This document shows positions 1 to 14,938 of a DNA stretch of 64,000 nucleotides, one piece after another. Within the stretch, counting starts at the first letter, position 1; each line of letters begins with the position of its first letter. This DNA is from the human T2T-CHM13v2.0 reference genome, Homo sapiens: the NCBI RefSeq assembly GCF_009914755.1, contig NC_060936.1. One strand, 5' to 3'. The position numbers and the translations under genes were made by a program. The notes under the pieces were generated by a model. It was not told the DNA's origin. It saw nothing but the letters and a program-made list of their open reading frames with translations, and searched no databases.

Positions 1-176
1 AGGGGGAGATGCTACACACTTTTAAACAGCCAGATCTCACGAGAACTCAGGACAGTACCAAGGGGAAAATCCACCCCCATGACCCAGTCACCTCCCACCA
101 TGTAATTCTCACCTCCGGCACCAGGGATTGCATTTCAACATGAGATTGAGGGGGGACACAGATCCAAACCATATCA
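1..176 (-). mobile_element. MaLR LTR (MST family), partial
   Basis: cagatctcacgagaactca...cacctcccacca...catttcaacatgagattg...ggacacagatccaaaccatatca is the reverse complement of an MST LTR 5' end. Confidence 0.8.
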
Positions 177-179
177 CTG

Positions 180-280
180 TTCGAAAGCCCCATCTCCATA
201 TATTAATATTATCACATTGTGGGTTAGAGCTTTAACATATGAATCTGGGGGCATGGGACACAAACATACAGTCCATATGT
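180..280 (-). mobile_element. MaLR LTR (MLT1A-like) fragment
   Basis: atcacattgtgggttagagctttaacatatgaatctggggg...gacacaaacatacagtccata matches an MLT1A/B end. Confidence 0.65.
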
Positions 281-2167
281 TAGCTTACCATCAGAGTCCC
301 TGACTATCTTTCATACGTGCTTGGGCTATTAGAGCTGAAAACCAGGGATTCAAAGATAGAGGAACTAGTTCAGAGTGGCTAATTGAGTGTTGTGGAGTAG
401 ATGGCATTGGAGACAAAGTAAGGAAATTCCAAAGAGATTGTATATAGGAAAGAACTTGATTCACTAAAAAGGCAAAGAAGCAAAGGGGCTGCTATAGGAC
501 CAGGATTTATATCAGCCACCAAGATATGAGGTATATGTTATTGTGACAGTGTTCATCTTGCAGCCTTGCCTAGTGTACTGTATAATCAAACTATAGCTTG
601 TGCTAAGAACTCCCTAAAGATTAAATGAGTATTGTTCTCTCATTTGGTAAATTCTAATTTGAAACAAATGAAGATACCGCTGTATTTGCCAACATACTAA
701 CTTTAAATACTAAAATACATTTCACATGGGCAGTGGAGAACAGGGCTTTCTGAAAAATAGGCTTAAGTAGTAAAAGAAGCAGAGTTGGCTGGTACTGTGT
801 TTGAAGAGAAATAGAAAGTTTTGACATACCCATTTTTGCCCTCAAAATGGAGGCTTGTAAGTGGAAGCTTATAAAACTTTTCTTGTCAAGAAAGAAAGGG
901 CAGCTGATTGGTTTTATAAGCTTCCATTTACACCTAAGCTCTTTCCTGTTAATGAACTCTTGATGATGTAATGTGTCTTTCTCAGGATTGCTAATTAGCA
1001 AAAAAGTTTGAGCCAAACTTGTTTAATAATTGTTTCTCAGAACTTTATTTTCAGTTTTTTTGACAGATCACCATGATATATAACATAACATTGATTGTGT
1101 TACTGAAACATGTACATGTGCAGGAAAGGAAGTTAGAGATGAAATTTAGGAAGTGAGATACAGCCTCGTTCATAGAGACAGTATCCATTAAATAAAAAGT
1201 GAGAATTGCCATTGCCTCCCATATTACAAGTAGGAAAAACCCTCAAGTGTATATAATATTAATCTTTTACATGAACTCAGCTGCATGAGTATTCATTTTA
1301 GAAGATCTCCATGTTAGCTTTTTATAAAGAATTCCAAATTTGACCTCTAGAATCCTCCCAGAACCTTTATTAAAAACATATTTTAAAATTCTGGCAATAA
1401 GTCATTAACTAGTATTTTTGTGAAATACAGTTTTTGAATAGGTCCGTCTTGTGGAACTGACAACATTGTCCCAACTACAGTTATAGTAAGCTTATTTTAG
1501 AATTTAATACAACCCTCATCTTCTGCATGTACACATGTACCTCTTGTTCCCCCCTACATACACGTGCTGTATACAGAGGGCAGAAATTAAGGACTATCAG
1601 ATTTAGGTGGCTGACCTTCAGCTCCAGTTAAGAACTAAAATTAGATCCTTGTGGAATATATATCCAGTGACGTTCATCACAGAAGAGTGTAGACATAACC
1701 TTGAGAGGCCAGGGAAACATCATCCATCCAAGGGAGCCTGCCTTAACTACAAAAATTCCTTTGACATCTCATTTTTTATCTTAACATTCATGTAAGTTAT
1801 GTATTGTGATTTGTAATGCATTCATTTATTTTCATGTAGAAATCGCCTACCCCAAATAAATCTTTTAGTAAAATAGTGGTTAAAGAATATGTACCAAAAT
1901 TACCCTATGACTTTAAGTATCCCTGGCACTGGGCCACATCTCCCAGATGAATGTGCATAACCTATTTTAAGATTAGGGTCTATCCCGTCACTATAGGAGT
2001 ATACTGGTAGATTCAAGTGAGTATAATTCAAGCATGTGGCTAACACTGTAGCCATAATGGACAAAAAAGCAGGGAAGGAGGAGTCTATTCTATTATCTAT
2101 TCTATTTTTTTAAAGAGAAAGTGGCAGACTATAGGGATAGGTATTTCACTGCCACTACAATATGAGA

Positions 2168-2194
2168 ATTTTTTTTTTTTTTTTTTTTTTTTTT
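2168..2194. repeat. poly(T) mononucleotide tract (~27 nt)
   Basis: Directly visible. Confidence 0.95.
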
Positions 2195-2561
2195 TAAGTA
2201 GAACCATGTTTAAGGATTTAGGTCTGTTTATTTAAGGAAAACAAAAATCTGTTCTTAGAAATTCCCTTCACTGGCCTGGTTTAGCCCAGAATTTCTTTTA
2301 ATGTTAAGAACACTCATTTTTGTTTTAGTTCTTGTGTATCACTAGATACCAGTAAAAGAGAGTAGGACTGAGTCAAATAAGAATTTGAGTCCCCTTTTCT
2401 GCTGTAGCTTTCTCTGCTACCTTAAGCAAATCATTTAGCCTATCTGGGAGTCAGTTTTCATATCTATAAATCCTCTTGTCCTGAGTATGTTAATAGGTGT
2501 TATTTTTTGAAAGGGTTCTATGGTCAAAGTAAGGAAATATCAGTTTAAAAAAAATGAACAG

Positions 2562-2872
2562 GGCTGGGCACAGTGGCTCAAGCCTGCAATTCCAGCACTT
2601 TGGGAGGCAAAGGTGAGGGGATTGCTTAATTAAGGCTTGGAGTTTGAAACCAGCCTGGGCAGCATAGCAAGACCCTGTCTTTAAAAGTAAAAAAAAATAG
2701 CTGAACACAGTTAATTGGACCTCTATTCCTAGCTACTTGGGAGGGTGAGGCAGGAGGATCCTTTGAGCCCCGGAGTTCGAAGTTACAGTGAGCTGTGATC
2801 GTGCCATTGCTCTCCAGCCTGGGTGACAAGAGTGATGATACCCTGTCTCAAAAAAAAAAAAAAAAAAAAAAA
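2562..2872 (+). mobile_element. Alu (AluJ-like)
   Basis: Dimeric Alu with A-rich linker and poly(A) tail; diverged J-type sequence. Confidence 0.9.
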
Positions 2873-3832
2873 GCAAGTTTCTTTTCCATAATACATGGGA
2901 GAATCTTTGGTAGTTTGATATGCCTTATAAGTTTCCCAAGCTTATTTGCCTACAAAACCCATTTTTATAGAATCTTTTGTACTGCTAGTGTTTGTTAATG
3001 GTAAGTGATCATTATAGTGCCTTCTAACTCTTAACATTCTGAAATTGGACACAGTTTGTTTGACTGTGCAGCTCGTTTCTAGACTGTAGTTATCCTAGGT
3101 TACTAACAAGTTGAACTCAATGCTTGTAATGTGTGTGTATCCTGCCATTTTTTCCAGCTGGTACTGGAAAGTTATTGCATTTTCCTGTTTCTTGTAAATA
3201 AAACAAACATTACTCCCTGTCTTTTGCAGTTTTTCACTTTCTCTGTGCCCCTTTGTTTCAGTGTATTCAATTATTGGCCCATTTTTATTCTAAATTAATC
3301 TATTCATCTTTATCTGAGTTTCACCAACTCATAGTAAAGATTTCTGAAACCCTCAGCCCATTAAATCCTTTTGAGAAACACTAATGTTGGAGAGAAAACT
3401 ATGTCACTTCTACATGTGGACTTATTTCAATCAGAAAAACAAGCCACCTTTAAAATGTTGCTATTGGTTAAGATCTTTAATTATAGGTCTTGTTCTTAGA
3501 AATGCAAAATTTTAGCTCTTACTGTGTACCATCATTTCATTTAATAAAACAACATTGTCATAGAAGGAGTATTATCCCCGTTTTATAGGTAATGAAACTA
3601 AAGCTCAGAGAAACCTAATAACTTGTCCAGATCTCACAAATAATAAATAGCAGTCATATCCAACTTATATTCTCTATTATACCTTGTAGCTTCTTATTAA
3701 AACATATGATAATACTGTATGTGGCATGTGTGGTGTAGTTACAATGATAAGTAACATTTATTGACTAATTCTAGGGTAGCACATGCACATCATCTCATTT
3801 AATTCCCTCAACAACCCTATGAAGTAGGTACT

Positions 3833-4141
3833 TTTTTTTCCTTCCTTTCTTTCTTTTTTTTTTTTTGAGACAGAGTCTCGCTCTGTCGCCCAGGCTGGAG
3901 TGCAATGGCGTGATCTCTGCTCACTGCAGTCTCCGCCTCCTGGGCCCAAGCGATTCTCCTGCCCCAGCCTCATGAGTGGCTAGGATTACAGGCGCCCACT
4001 ACCACGCCCATCTAATTTTTGTATTTTTAGTAGACATGGGGTTTCACCATGTTGGCCAGGCTGGTCTCGGAACTTCTGACCTCAAGTGATCCGCCCGCCT
4101 TGGCCTCCCAAAGTGCTGGGCGTGAGCCACCATGCCTAGGC
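3833..4141 (-). mobile_element. Alu (AluS) inserted in a MIR
   Basis: Antisense Alu with 13-nt TSD tgaagtaggtact at 3820-3832 and 4142-4154. Flanks are MIR-like (ctcatttaattccctcaacaaccctatgaagtaggtactattataccagttttacaggtaaggaa). Confidence 0.92.
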
Positions 4142-4989
4142 TGAAGTAGGTACTATTATACCAGTTTTACAGGTAAGGAAGTAAATAAATTGGTCAGGTG
4201 GCAGCTGGGAATCAAATCCAGAGCTTTAATAACCTATTAAATGTTTGGAAATAATATTCTATAGCACACAGTGCTTTGAAGATGTCATACCTAGTATGTA
4301 TGTTTGTAAATATTCAACATATTTGACAGCATCTTTGTGCATGTGGAAGAAGAGAAATATGTTAAACAGACCCTGCCCCCGCCAAAGCTGATAAAAGAGA
4401 GAACTCTCCATAAATATAATTCAAGGTCAGAGGTGTTAAGTGCTATAAAAGTGCTAGAGATTAAGTGTTCTGGATTTAGAGGTGGAAGGGATTACTTCCT
4501 GCTGGGGGATGGTGAAAAAGATAGCGTTTGATTTGAAGGGAGGAGTGATTCAAGAAGGTCAGGGGTTGGGAAGACGTTTTGAATCCAGGAAGTAACATGA
4601 GAAAAGGCACAGAAGTTTGGACAGGCATTAGAGAGTAGATTATTGTGCCTAGATCAAGGATATTGTGACAATAAGTAGTTGAATGTGAGTTTTAGAAAGG
4701 TGAGTTATGGGGGATCGGGCCCCTTCCTGGTTAATGTGTTTGGATGTGTTTTATTTCAGGTATCTACTATGGGACAGTTAAAGAGAAATGTCTACCAGGC
4801 AGCAACATTTTCTTTTTGCTGCCAGCTTTAGGAAGCAAGTCACCTATCTCAGAAGTAAAAGATACCACCAACAACCAAGTTATACAAGTTAGAAATCTAT
4901 GAGGTTCCTTGCCTCCTCTTTCTTCTTCATTCTTGACCAATCATTCCACCAATCATTCAGTCAATTCTGCACCCTTAAAATCTTTCCTC

Positions 4990-5151
4990 TGCTGGGCGCC
5001 ATGGCTCACTGCTGTAATCCCAACACTTTGGGAGGTGAGAAGATCACTTGAGTTCAGGAGATCAAGGCTGCAGTAAGTCATAATGGCACCACTGCACTCC
5101 AGCCTAGGTGACAGAGTGAGACCCTGTCTCAAACAACAACAACAAAAAAAA
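4990..5151 (+). mobile_element. Alu monomer (FRAM/FAM-like) within L2 sequence
   Basis: Single Alu arm ending gagaccctgtctc plus a (CAA)n/A tail. Confidence 0.75.
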
Positions 5152-5454
5152 CCCTGTAATTTTCCCAGTTTCATTACCACTGCCTTAGTTCAGACCTCCA
5201 TCATCCCTCACTAGGATTACTGCAACAACCACTTAACTGCCCTGCTTCTGGTCCTGCTCCCCTTTTCTTGTTCATTTTCCACATTAACATCAGAGTAATA
5301 TTTCCAAAATACAAATCTAATGTCATTATCCTGCTTAATACTCTGCAGTAAGTTCCCCATTTCCCTCTGGATTAATTCCAGACTCTTCATTCTTCTCATA
5401 TAAACGTGGACTAGTATATTTTCTCTTTAAAAAAGAAAGAACAGCCTTTCTTGA

Positions 5455-5914
<460 letters not shown>

Positions 5915-6186
5915 TAGCATTGCCAGGTCTTAATGCTATTTGATCTTTCATCTGCATTTCAAACAGCTGACCATTCCCTACATAAAATATTTTCTGCCAT
6001 CTTGTGTTCCAGAACACCACACTCCTAAATTTCCTCTTGCTAATACCTCTTTACCTCCTTTATCAGTTTTTCTTCCCCACAGCCACTGAGTGGTGGCATC
6101 TTTCATGGCTTTTAGTCCCCCTTTTCTCTATATATTTTTCTCTAGGCAATCTCATTTACTTTTGTAACTTAAGAATGCCTTTATTG

Positions 6187-6480
6187 CCGGCGCAATGGCT
6201 CACGCCTGTAATCCCAGCACTTTGGGAGGCTGAGGTGGGTGGATCATGAGGTCAGGAGTTGGAGACCAGCCTGACCAACCTGGTGAAACCCCGTCTCTAC
6301 TAAAAATACAAAAATTAGCTGGGCCTGGTGGTGCGCGCGTGTAATCCCAGCTACTTGAGAGGCTGAGACAGGGGAATTGCTTGAACCCGGGAGGCGGAGA
6401 TTGCACGCGCCAAGATCATGCCATTGCACTCCATCCTAGGCAAGAGTGAGCCTCCATCTCAAAAATAAATAAATAAATAA
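6187..6480 (+). mobile_element. Alu (AluS)
   Basis: Full dimer with (TAAA)n tail; TSD aagaatgcc(t/c)ttatt at 6171 and 6481. Confidence 0.92.
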
Positions 6481-6869
6481 AAGAATGCCCTTATTCATAT
6501 AGAAAGCATAGATAACCCTGATGGCTGCTTAGGGCTCCAGCCACATACATTCAGCTTCCTATTTGACATCTCTAGTTATCACAAACTTAATGTGACCTTA
6601 CAGAATTTTCCCCCAAACCTGTTCTTTCCTCAGTCATCCCCTTCTCAATAAATGGTACTATGTTGGCTTAAGCCAGAAACTTCCCTCTCCCCCACAAATA
6701 GTAAGTCCTGTCAATTTTCCCTCTAAAATACACACCAAATCCATTCGCTTGTCTCCCTCTCCGCTGCTACCACTCTAGTTGAAACTATGTTTGTTCCAGT
6801 CCAACCCATTTTGATTCTGTATGGTACAGATTCTGTATGGTACATCAATGGGATACCATATTTCAAAGC

Positions 6870-7348
6870 TGTATTATATTTAGGTTAAAGCTAAGTTGTT
6901 TTAACAAGGGGACCTCAAGATAGAAGTGGTTTACAAAATATGAGTGTTTATTACCTTTTCAAGTAATAGTTCTGAGATAATCATTCAGGCAGTGAATGGC
7001 TCTGCTTTATGAATTTATTCAGGGGCCTGTTTCCTTTCAAGTCGTCAAGTCATGCTTCACCTTCTGAGCATTGTCTTAACCTAGGCTGGACTGCCACTTT
7101 CAGGTTTTAGGCTATAGAAGGGGATAAGACAGTGGAGAAGTCATACCCACTGTCTTCAAGAGCCAGACCTGGAAATGGCATAGATCGTGTCTATACACTT
7201 TCATTCTAGTGGCAAGAGCTCCATCATATAGCAGTGAAGAACAACTGGGGAATATGGTGTAGCTAGGTAGCCATGGGCCTTGCCACAGTTGTTACTGCAT
7301 GAGAAAAGGACAGTGAGTTTTGGTGGACAGCTATCAGTTTCCATCACA
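6870..7348 (-). mobile_element. Old MaLR LTR (MLT1J/K-like)
   Basis: tg...ca termini and motifs ctaagttgttttaacaag, ggctctgct, gagaaaaggacagtgagttttggtggacagctatcagtttccatcaca. Confidence 0.55.
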
Positions 7349-7380
7349 GTGTCTAACAATTAAACTGTTAGATGAGCCTA

Positions 7381-7992
<612 letters not shown>

Positions 7993-8096
7993 TATTTATG
8001 AAACTTTATGTTATTTATTTATTACTCTGGTATCTCAGTTTTGCTACCTTATATGGTTGAAGAAAACTTACAAAGGATAAGAAATGTGGTCTAGAA

Positions 8097-8359
8097 CAGT
8101 GCTTCTCAAATTATTTGAGATGAAGGATCAAGGTCTTTTCTTGTTTGTTTTTCCCTAATTTGCAGTAGGCCAATACTTTTCTAAAATATAATAAAAATTA
8201 ATCACTAAAAGAAATAATCATCAAATTACTATGAAAGTTTCTAAATGCATACTCTTTTTTTATGCCTGTCTCACCTTATGTACCTATCTCAACATGATCT
8301 AGCAACAAGGAGCTGGTGAATTGGCACTAATCAATGGACAATTCTTCTAAGTAGCACTT
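8097..8359. mobile_element. hAT-Charlie MITE (subfamily uncertain)
   Basis: Ends cagtgcttctcaaa ... aagtagcact. Internal aaagtttctaaatg is shared with the element at 22197-22415. Confidence 0.5.
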
Positions 8360-8826
8360 GCCTCAAAAGTGTTTTCTAATAACCTATTTTGGATTCCCAG
8401 AGTCTAGTAGATGAACTGTGGTATCAATCTTTTAAACAAAGACATTTTCTTTATGTATAAAATATAAAACTTTTAATTTTTTAATAGTTTTAGAAATCAC
8501 CTCTTAAGATAGTATATAAATCTTGATAGATCGTTTGAATGCCCACATATGCTTCATAGCCTATTTTGTTTCATAGCTAAAGCCAAAGATGATCCTTGTT
8601 TTATTGATTCAGAGTGAAAAAAAAGCCTACTATTCTGGAGCTCAAAGAAGGTTGTCTTAGAGGGCATTTAGTTTTAATGCACGGTGTGGAGGGAAAAAAA
8701 GGCCTAATAAAGTGACATGCTCAAAATCACAATAAATCGGAGACAGCTATGGTATGATCATAATTTACAGTGGAAATTACATTGGAATCAGATGATCCGG
8801 ATTGAGTCCTGATCTTTTATTTCTTA

Positions 8827-9179
<353 letters not shown>

Positions 9180-9324
9180 GAATTGTGCAGTAAGTGTTCA
9201 GTAAGCATTTCTTAGATTGAGAAACATAAAAGTTTTTTGTAAACTGTAAAGCACATAAGCAAAAAATATTACAGGTTACACATCCCAAATCCCCAAACCT
9301 GAAATCTCCAAAATTTGAAACAAA

Positions 9325-9630
9325 AAAAAAATTTATGGATACGTAATAATTCTACATATTTATGGGGTACATGTGATACTTTGACACAAGTGTACACAAT
9401 GTATAATGATCAAATCAGGGTAATTGGGGTATCCATCCTCTCAAACTTTTAAAATTTCTTTGTGTTAGGAACATTCCAATTCTGTTCTTCTAGTTCTTTT
9501 GAAATATATAATAAATTATTGGTAACTGTAATTGACCTGTTGGGCTACTGAACACTAGATCTTATTCCTTCTAATGGTATTTTTGTACCCATTAACCAAC
9601 CCCTCCATATCCACCACAAAGCCACTTCTA
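9325..9630 (-). mobile_element. L1MA-type 3' end
   Basis: tacatatttatggggtacatgtgata...gatcaaatcagggtaattggggtatccatc...ctagatcttattccttcta...gtacccattaaccaacc is a typical antisense L1MA 3' UTR. Confidence 0.8.
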
Positions 9631-9789
9631 CTATCACTTCTTAGGAAGAAATAAAACATATTTATTATTTATTATTTATTATTTATTTCTTAGGAAAAAA
9701 TAAAACATAATAGTAGTCACCATTAAAGAGTGCTTATTATGTCCCAGCGTCTATTTTATAACATCCCTGTGAGATATGGATGTTATTTC

Positions 9790-9866
9790 CTTTTTTTTTT
9801 TTTTGATCCTCCCACCTCAGCCTCCTAAAGTGCTAGGATTATAGGCATGAGTGACCATGCCCAGCC
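9790..9866 (-). mobile_element. Truncated Alu/FLAM fragment
   Basis: poly(T) followed by gatcctcccacctcagcctcctaaagtgctaggattataggcatgag...cccagcc. Confidence 0.75.
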
Positions 9867-10959
9867 TCCCATTTTTTAAAAATGGGAAACTGAGGTTAAG
9901 AAGTGTCTAAATCATACAGCTGGTAAAAAAAAAAAAAAAGAAAGAAAAGAAAGTCACACAGTGGCAAACCCAGGTATTAAACTCCGGTCTTTGATTTAAA
10001 AGCCACTACAATACGTTTTCTTCGTAAAAAAGATGTCCCTTCCGCCTTCAGAGAGCTTTTAGTAGTTGAGGCAAACTCATAAAAAGAAAACTGACAGGAC
10101 GGATGTGCTAAGCACCAAATGATTGCTACAGATTTGTGGTTTAGGTATCCCTTAGAAAAGAAGAATGTTGAGGGCTGAAGTGGTTAGGGAAAATTTTATG
10201 TTGAAAGTGGGTTTTAAGCTTAGCCTTCGAGAATTGCTAAAACTTAAATAGAAAAGGAAAAGGACTGATGTGTAGAGGGAGGCTGTAAAAAAGCAAAGAA
10301 GCTCAATATGAGATAATTTGGAAAGAAATATAGCTAAAGAGGAAAATTTGATAAGAATAGTATGAAAGAAGACTCAGAGCAGGTTAGCAGATCTTAAGTG
10401 CCAAACTGAGGACTTTGACATTTTACCTTATAATAATGTATAACAGATAACCTGTACTGAACATTTATCACTTGCCAGGCACTGCCCTATGTGTTTGTAC
10501 ATGCACGATCTCATTTAATTCTTGCAGTAAATGAGGTCCAGAGACAAGTAACTTGCCAAGGCCACAATTGTTCAGAAGAAGAGCCAAGATTTGCATACAA
10601 ACAATTTAAATTCAGAACTTCTACTCTTAATTACCACACTGATTTGGTTTTAGAGTCTATGGTGGGTTGAACAAATTTCAAGCCCAGGATCACTGACCTT
10701 AAACAAGTAATATGCCTCACACCTTTGGCAGTTTTTAACATTTTAGTTAAGAAACGTAATGTGACAATAGAAACTGACATCTCATTCCTGTCCCTGCCAC
10801 CCTTACACATCTTTAGCACATGGCAGTGAAGGAGAAGTCAAGGTAATGTGCTAATGGTTTTCAAGTCTGCCTGCTTTTCTGTGTTCGTCTGGTCAGGTAT
10901 TCTCAGTTAACCCTTGACCCTAACGTCCGAATTATGTCACTCTGTTGTTAATCATAGTT

Positions 10960-11144
10960 CAGTGATTCTCACATTGTGGATTCTGGACCAGCAGTAGCAT
11001 CAACTAGGAATTTGTTAAAAGTCCCATTTCTGGACCCTCATCCCAGACCTACTGAGTCAGAAACTCTAGGGATGAGGTGCAACAGTCTGTTTTTTAAAAG
11101 TCCTTTAGGTGATTATGATGCATGATGAAGTTTGAGAACCACCT
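10960..11144 (+). mobile_element. MER5A (hAT-Charlie MITE)
   Basis: TIRs cagtgattctca / tttgagaaccac; core cccagacctactgagtcagaaactct. Confidence 0.85.
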
Positions 11145-12585
11145 TTAGAGTCCACTCTAGGATTTCAGTTCGGGAGCAAACTACTAAAAAGTTTTTGGCA
11201 ATCCTTGATGGGTAGATGTAGTGGCAGGGCATACCATGCTGAAGGAACAGTGGAGGAAAGACTCAGGATGTATCATGGTCAGGGTCTGGGGGTCAATTTG
11301 GAACACCTGAAGAAGAAACTGTGTGTGTTTGCATTGTGTGTATCAGACAACAGTAGGAAAGGGGAAATTGGGCCCATTTCAGCAGCATTCTGTGGGCAGC
11401 AGGAAGGTATGAAAGGTGTTTGAGGAGAGCAGAGCATGTTTTAGGAAGAGTAAAATCAACTTAAATAGTTATAGCACAGAAAAGTACTGACAGGGCAAAA
11501 TAAAGGGGAAATACAAGAGCACCTTTGAAACATGGAAGCAGTACACAAACTCAACAGATAGAAGAGCTACAAAGAATGCTGCCTTTTCAACCACTTTTAT
11601 TTGTTTCTAATAATATTCTTTAAATAGAAATTATTGTATTGAGTAAAACATTAAATATGTCTATTAAACATCACTTTTATTTTTTACGTGTTTTTGGTTC
11701 TAAAAATTGTAATTTAAAAAGAGTCGTTGTCCAAAAAGTGGTATTAATTTTCAAGAGATATGGCAAAAAGCTGTGCAACAGTCACCGTGTGAGGTAGGTC
11801 TGTAGTGAGAAATGGTATGTTCAAGAACAACTATGATTAAAAACTGTGCAAAAAAATCTTGTCTTTGCTTGCTGGATGATCTTCTACAAGCTTTTAGATG
11901 AAGCAGTTTTTAACTATAAATTTTGTAGGCACCTTTAATCTCTTTCATGTCCCAGAGTTTCTCAGTCCATTTGGTTTTTGTATAGCCCTGGCTATTCCAA
12001 TTTGTCTTCAGGCTCTGCTCTTTTTCTTTCTTGAGTCTGAAGTTATTAGGAAGAAAGGTACCATATTGCCTATAGTTTGTTTTTTTTTTTTTAATTTTAT
12101 TGTCGCTGTTGTTTTTGGTTTAGAATGGAAGAAAGATATTTGTGTGCTTTTAGATATGTAGAACTCCAAGTTCACATATATAATATTTTATAATACCTTA
12201 TTACATGTTTCTCAACTTAAGGAGGATGGTAGATATTTCCTTCTTGAATAAAATTGTGTGGAAACAAAGGTGATCTGACTCCACCCCCAGGAATATACCA
12301 CATGTGAAGCAGTATGTAGAATGTATTTTTTTGTCTTGAATATGAAAGATCTAAATATGGAGAAAATTTTCCCTGTTCTGTATACTTTTAATTAATGGGC
12401 ACATTATACTTTCCACTATCCCCAAACTACATTCAAAAAAAGTGCTTTAACAATGATAGTAAAATATTAAGAGAAAGTCCTTTCTAAATATCAGGTATGG
12501 CAGGGATAGAATTGACAATGTTATGAAATTTTTTTTTGTCTTATCAGATAAAGTTCTTTTCCACATCTATTTAGAGAACGCAATA

Positions 12586-13221
<636 letters not shown>

Positions 13222-14329
13222 CATTTAAAATAGGCATTTTTGTAGCTGATGACTATGTGCACATAGCCTAGGTTTCCTGACAAGATCACAATGGGACCCA
13301 CAGGCAGCCTCTTTTTATTGAAGAATTAAGTCTGATGATAGATTAATAGAAATTTTGTAAAATCTTATATTGGTAATAGTAGTTGTTGTTTTTATAAGAT
13401 GTAAGGGAGTACAGAAATGTTCGGTGATAGAGTAGTTATACCTGCTTGCCTCACATATAAGGGTAAGCTTGAGAGACCCAGACCTGCAGTTTGTAGAGAA
13501 GAAAACTGACATTGAATTTTGAGGGAGTGGTCAGTGATCCTTAAATTTGACAATGGTATAAAAAAATCCTTTTTAGGAAATATAAGATATTTGGGTTCAT
13601 TCTAGAATTGTTTTTGAGATATTGATAGCAAGGTTTGGAACCAGAACTACTACATATATTTGTACAGTCTGTGCCCTACAGCAAGATAACAAAAGAAAGC
13701 TAAAATTCTGTCCACAGTCTGAGCTTTCCAAGCTATGTGTGCTTTTTAATAATTTGCCCACCCAGTGGGAACTTTTTTCTGTAGTTTGTATACCAGGAGG
13801 GGTCACCTTTTTGCAATTGGCTCAAGGCATAATAGATGCTAATTCAACTCTATTTGGAACCTAACACTTGAATAATTTTTTATCAGTTTGTCAGCAAAAG
13901 TTCTTCTCTGGGGTTGTTTGATGATTAAATATTATTAGATCTTAGCTAAAGGGGGTTCAAGGGTTTCTGAAACATGGGACTGCTGCTAAAGAGCTATAAA
14001 TTCAGAAGCAATAGCATGACTAAAACTCAGCAGAAATGCATACTTCTTTAAGTCTTTTTGCAAGAGCCTGTACTCTGGACAAATATGAACCAATTCTTGA
14101 GACGTTAATCTTTATTTCTGGGAAGGGAACAGCTATGATTCAAACTGATTGTCTTCCATCCTGATGGTGACCTTATATTTCAGTTTCTAACATTCCGTGA
14201 TTTAAAAAATAATAAAAACCTTTTCTCTCTGGATTTTTAACTGTTGTTAAGTACATTGGCAGAGAAACATTCTGTGTTAAGTCATTTGAGCCAAATAATG
14301 ATTTTTGCATACTCGTTCTTGTTTTTCAG

Positions 14330-14938
14330 AAACTCTGTGAAGGCATATTTAAAGTCCTTATAAAGGACATCCCAACAACATGTCAAGTGTCCTGCCTGGA
14401 AGTACTCCGCATTCTCTCCAGAGACAAAAAGGTTTTAGTTCCTGTGACAACTAAGGAAAATATGCAGATACTGCTGCGACTAGCCAAGCTAAATGAGTTA
14501 GATGATTCTTTGGAGAAAGTATCAGAGTTCCCAGTTATTGTGGAGTCATTAAAATGTCTGTGTAATATAGTGTTCAACAGTCAGATGGCACAGCAGCTCA
14601 GCCTGGAACTTAATCTTGCTGCAAAGCTCTGTAACCTCCTGAGAAAGTGCAAGGACCGGAAATTTATCAATGACATTAAGTGCTTTGACTTGCGCTTGCT
14701 CTTCCTTCTGTCACTTTTGCACACCGACATCAGGTCACAATTGCGCTATGAGCTCCAGGGACTACCGCTGCTAACGCAGATCTTGGAAAGTGCCTTTAGC
14801 ATCAAGTGGACCGATGAGTATGAATCGGCCATAGACCATAATGGACCTCCTCTCTCACCTCAGGAGACAGACTGTGCCATTGAGGCCCTCAAAGCTCTCT
14901 TCAATGTGACGGTAGACAGTTGGAAGGTGCATAAAGAG
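14330..14938 (+). CDS. RIC8B: RIC8B coding exon (exon 3), 609 nt, phase 0-0: [34 protein letters not shown]...[18 protein letters not shown] (ARM/HEAT repeat region)
   Basis: Acceptor gttcttgtttttcag|AAA, donor GAG|gtaagg. Open frame overlaps track ORF 14387-14947. Ric-8 family motifs [26 protein letters not shown] and LKALFN. Confidence 0.97.

Noticed and set aside
654-1016. 120-aa minus-strand ORF, and similar ORFs at 41601-41915, 45109-45504 and 54896-55222
   Set aside because: Non-ATG or weak starts, biased composition, no recognisable domain; several lie in L2 sequence.
11715-11895. Faint resemblance to a pogo/Tigger DDE transposase (VLIFKR...LLDD)
   Set aside because: It needs frameshifts and stops and is too weak to support without an HMM search.
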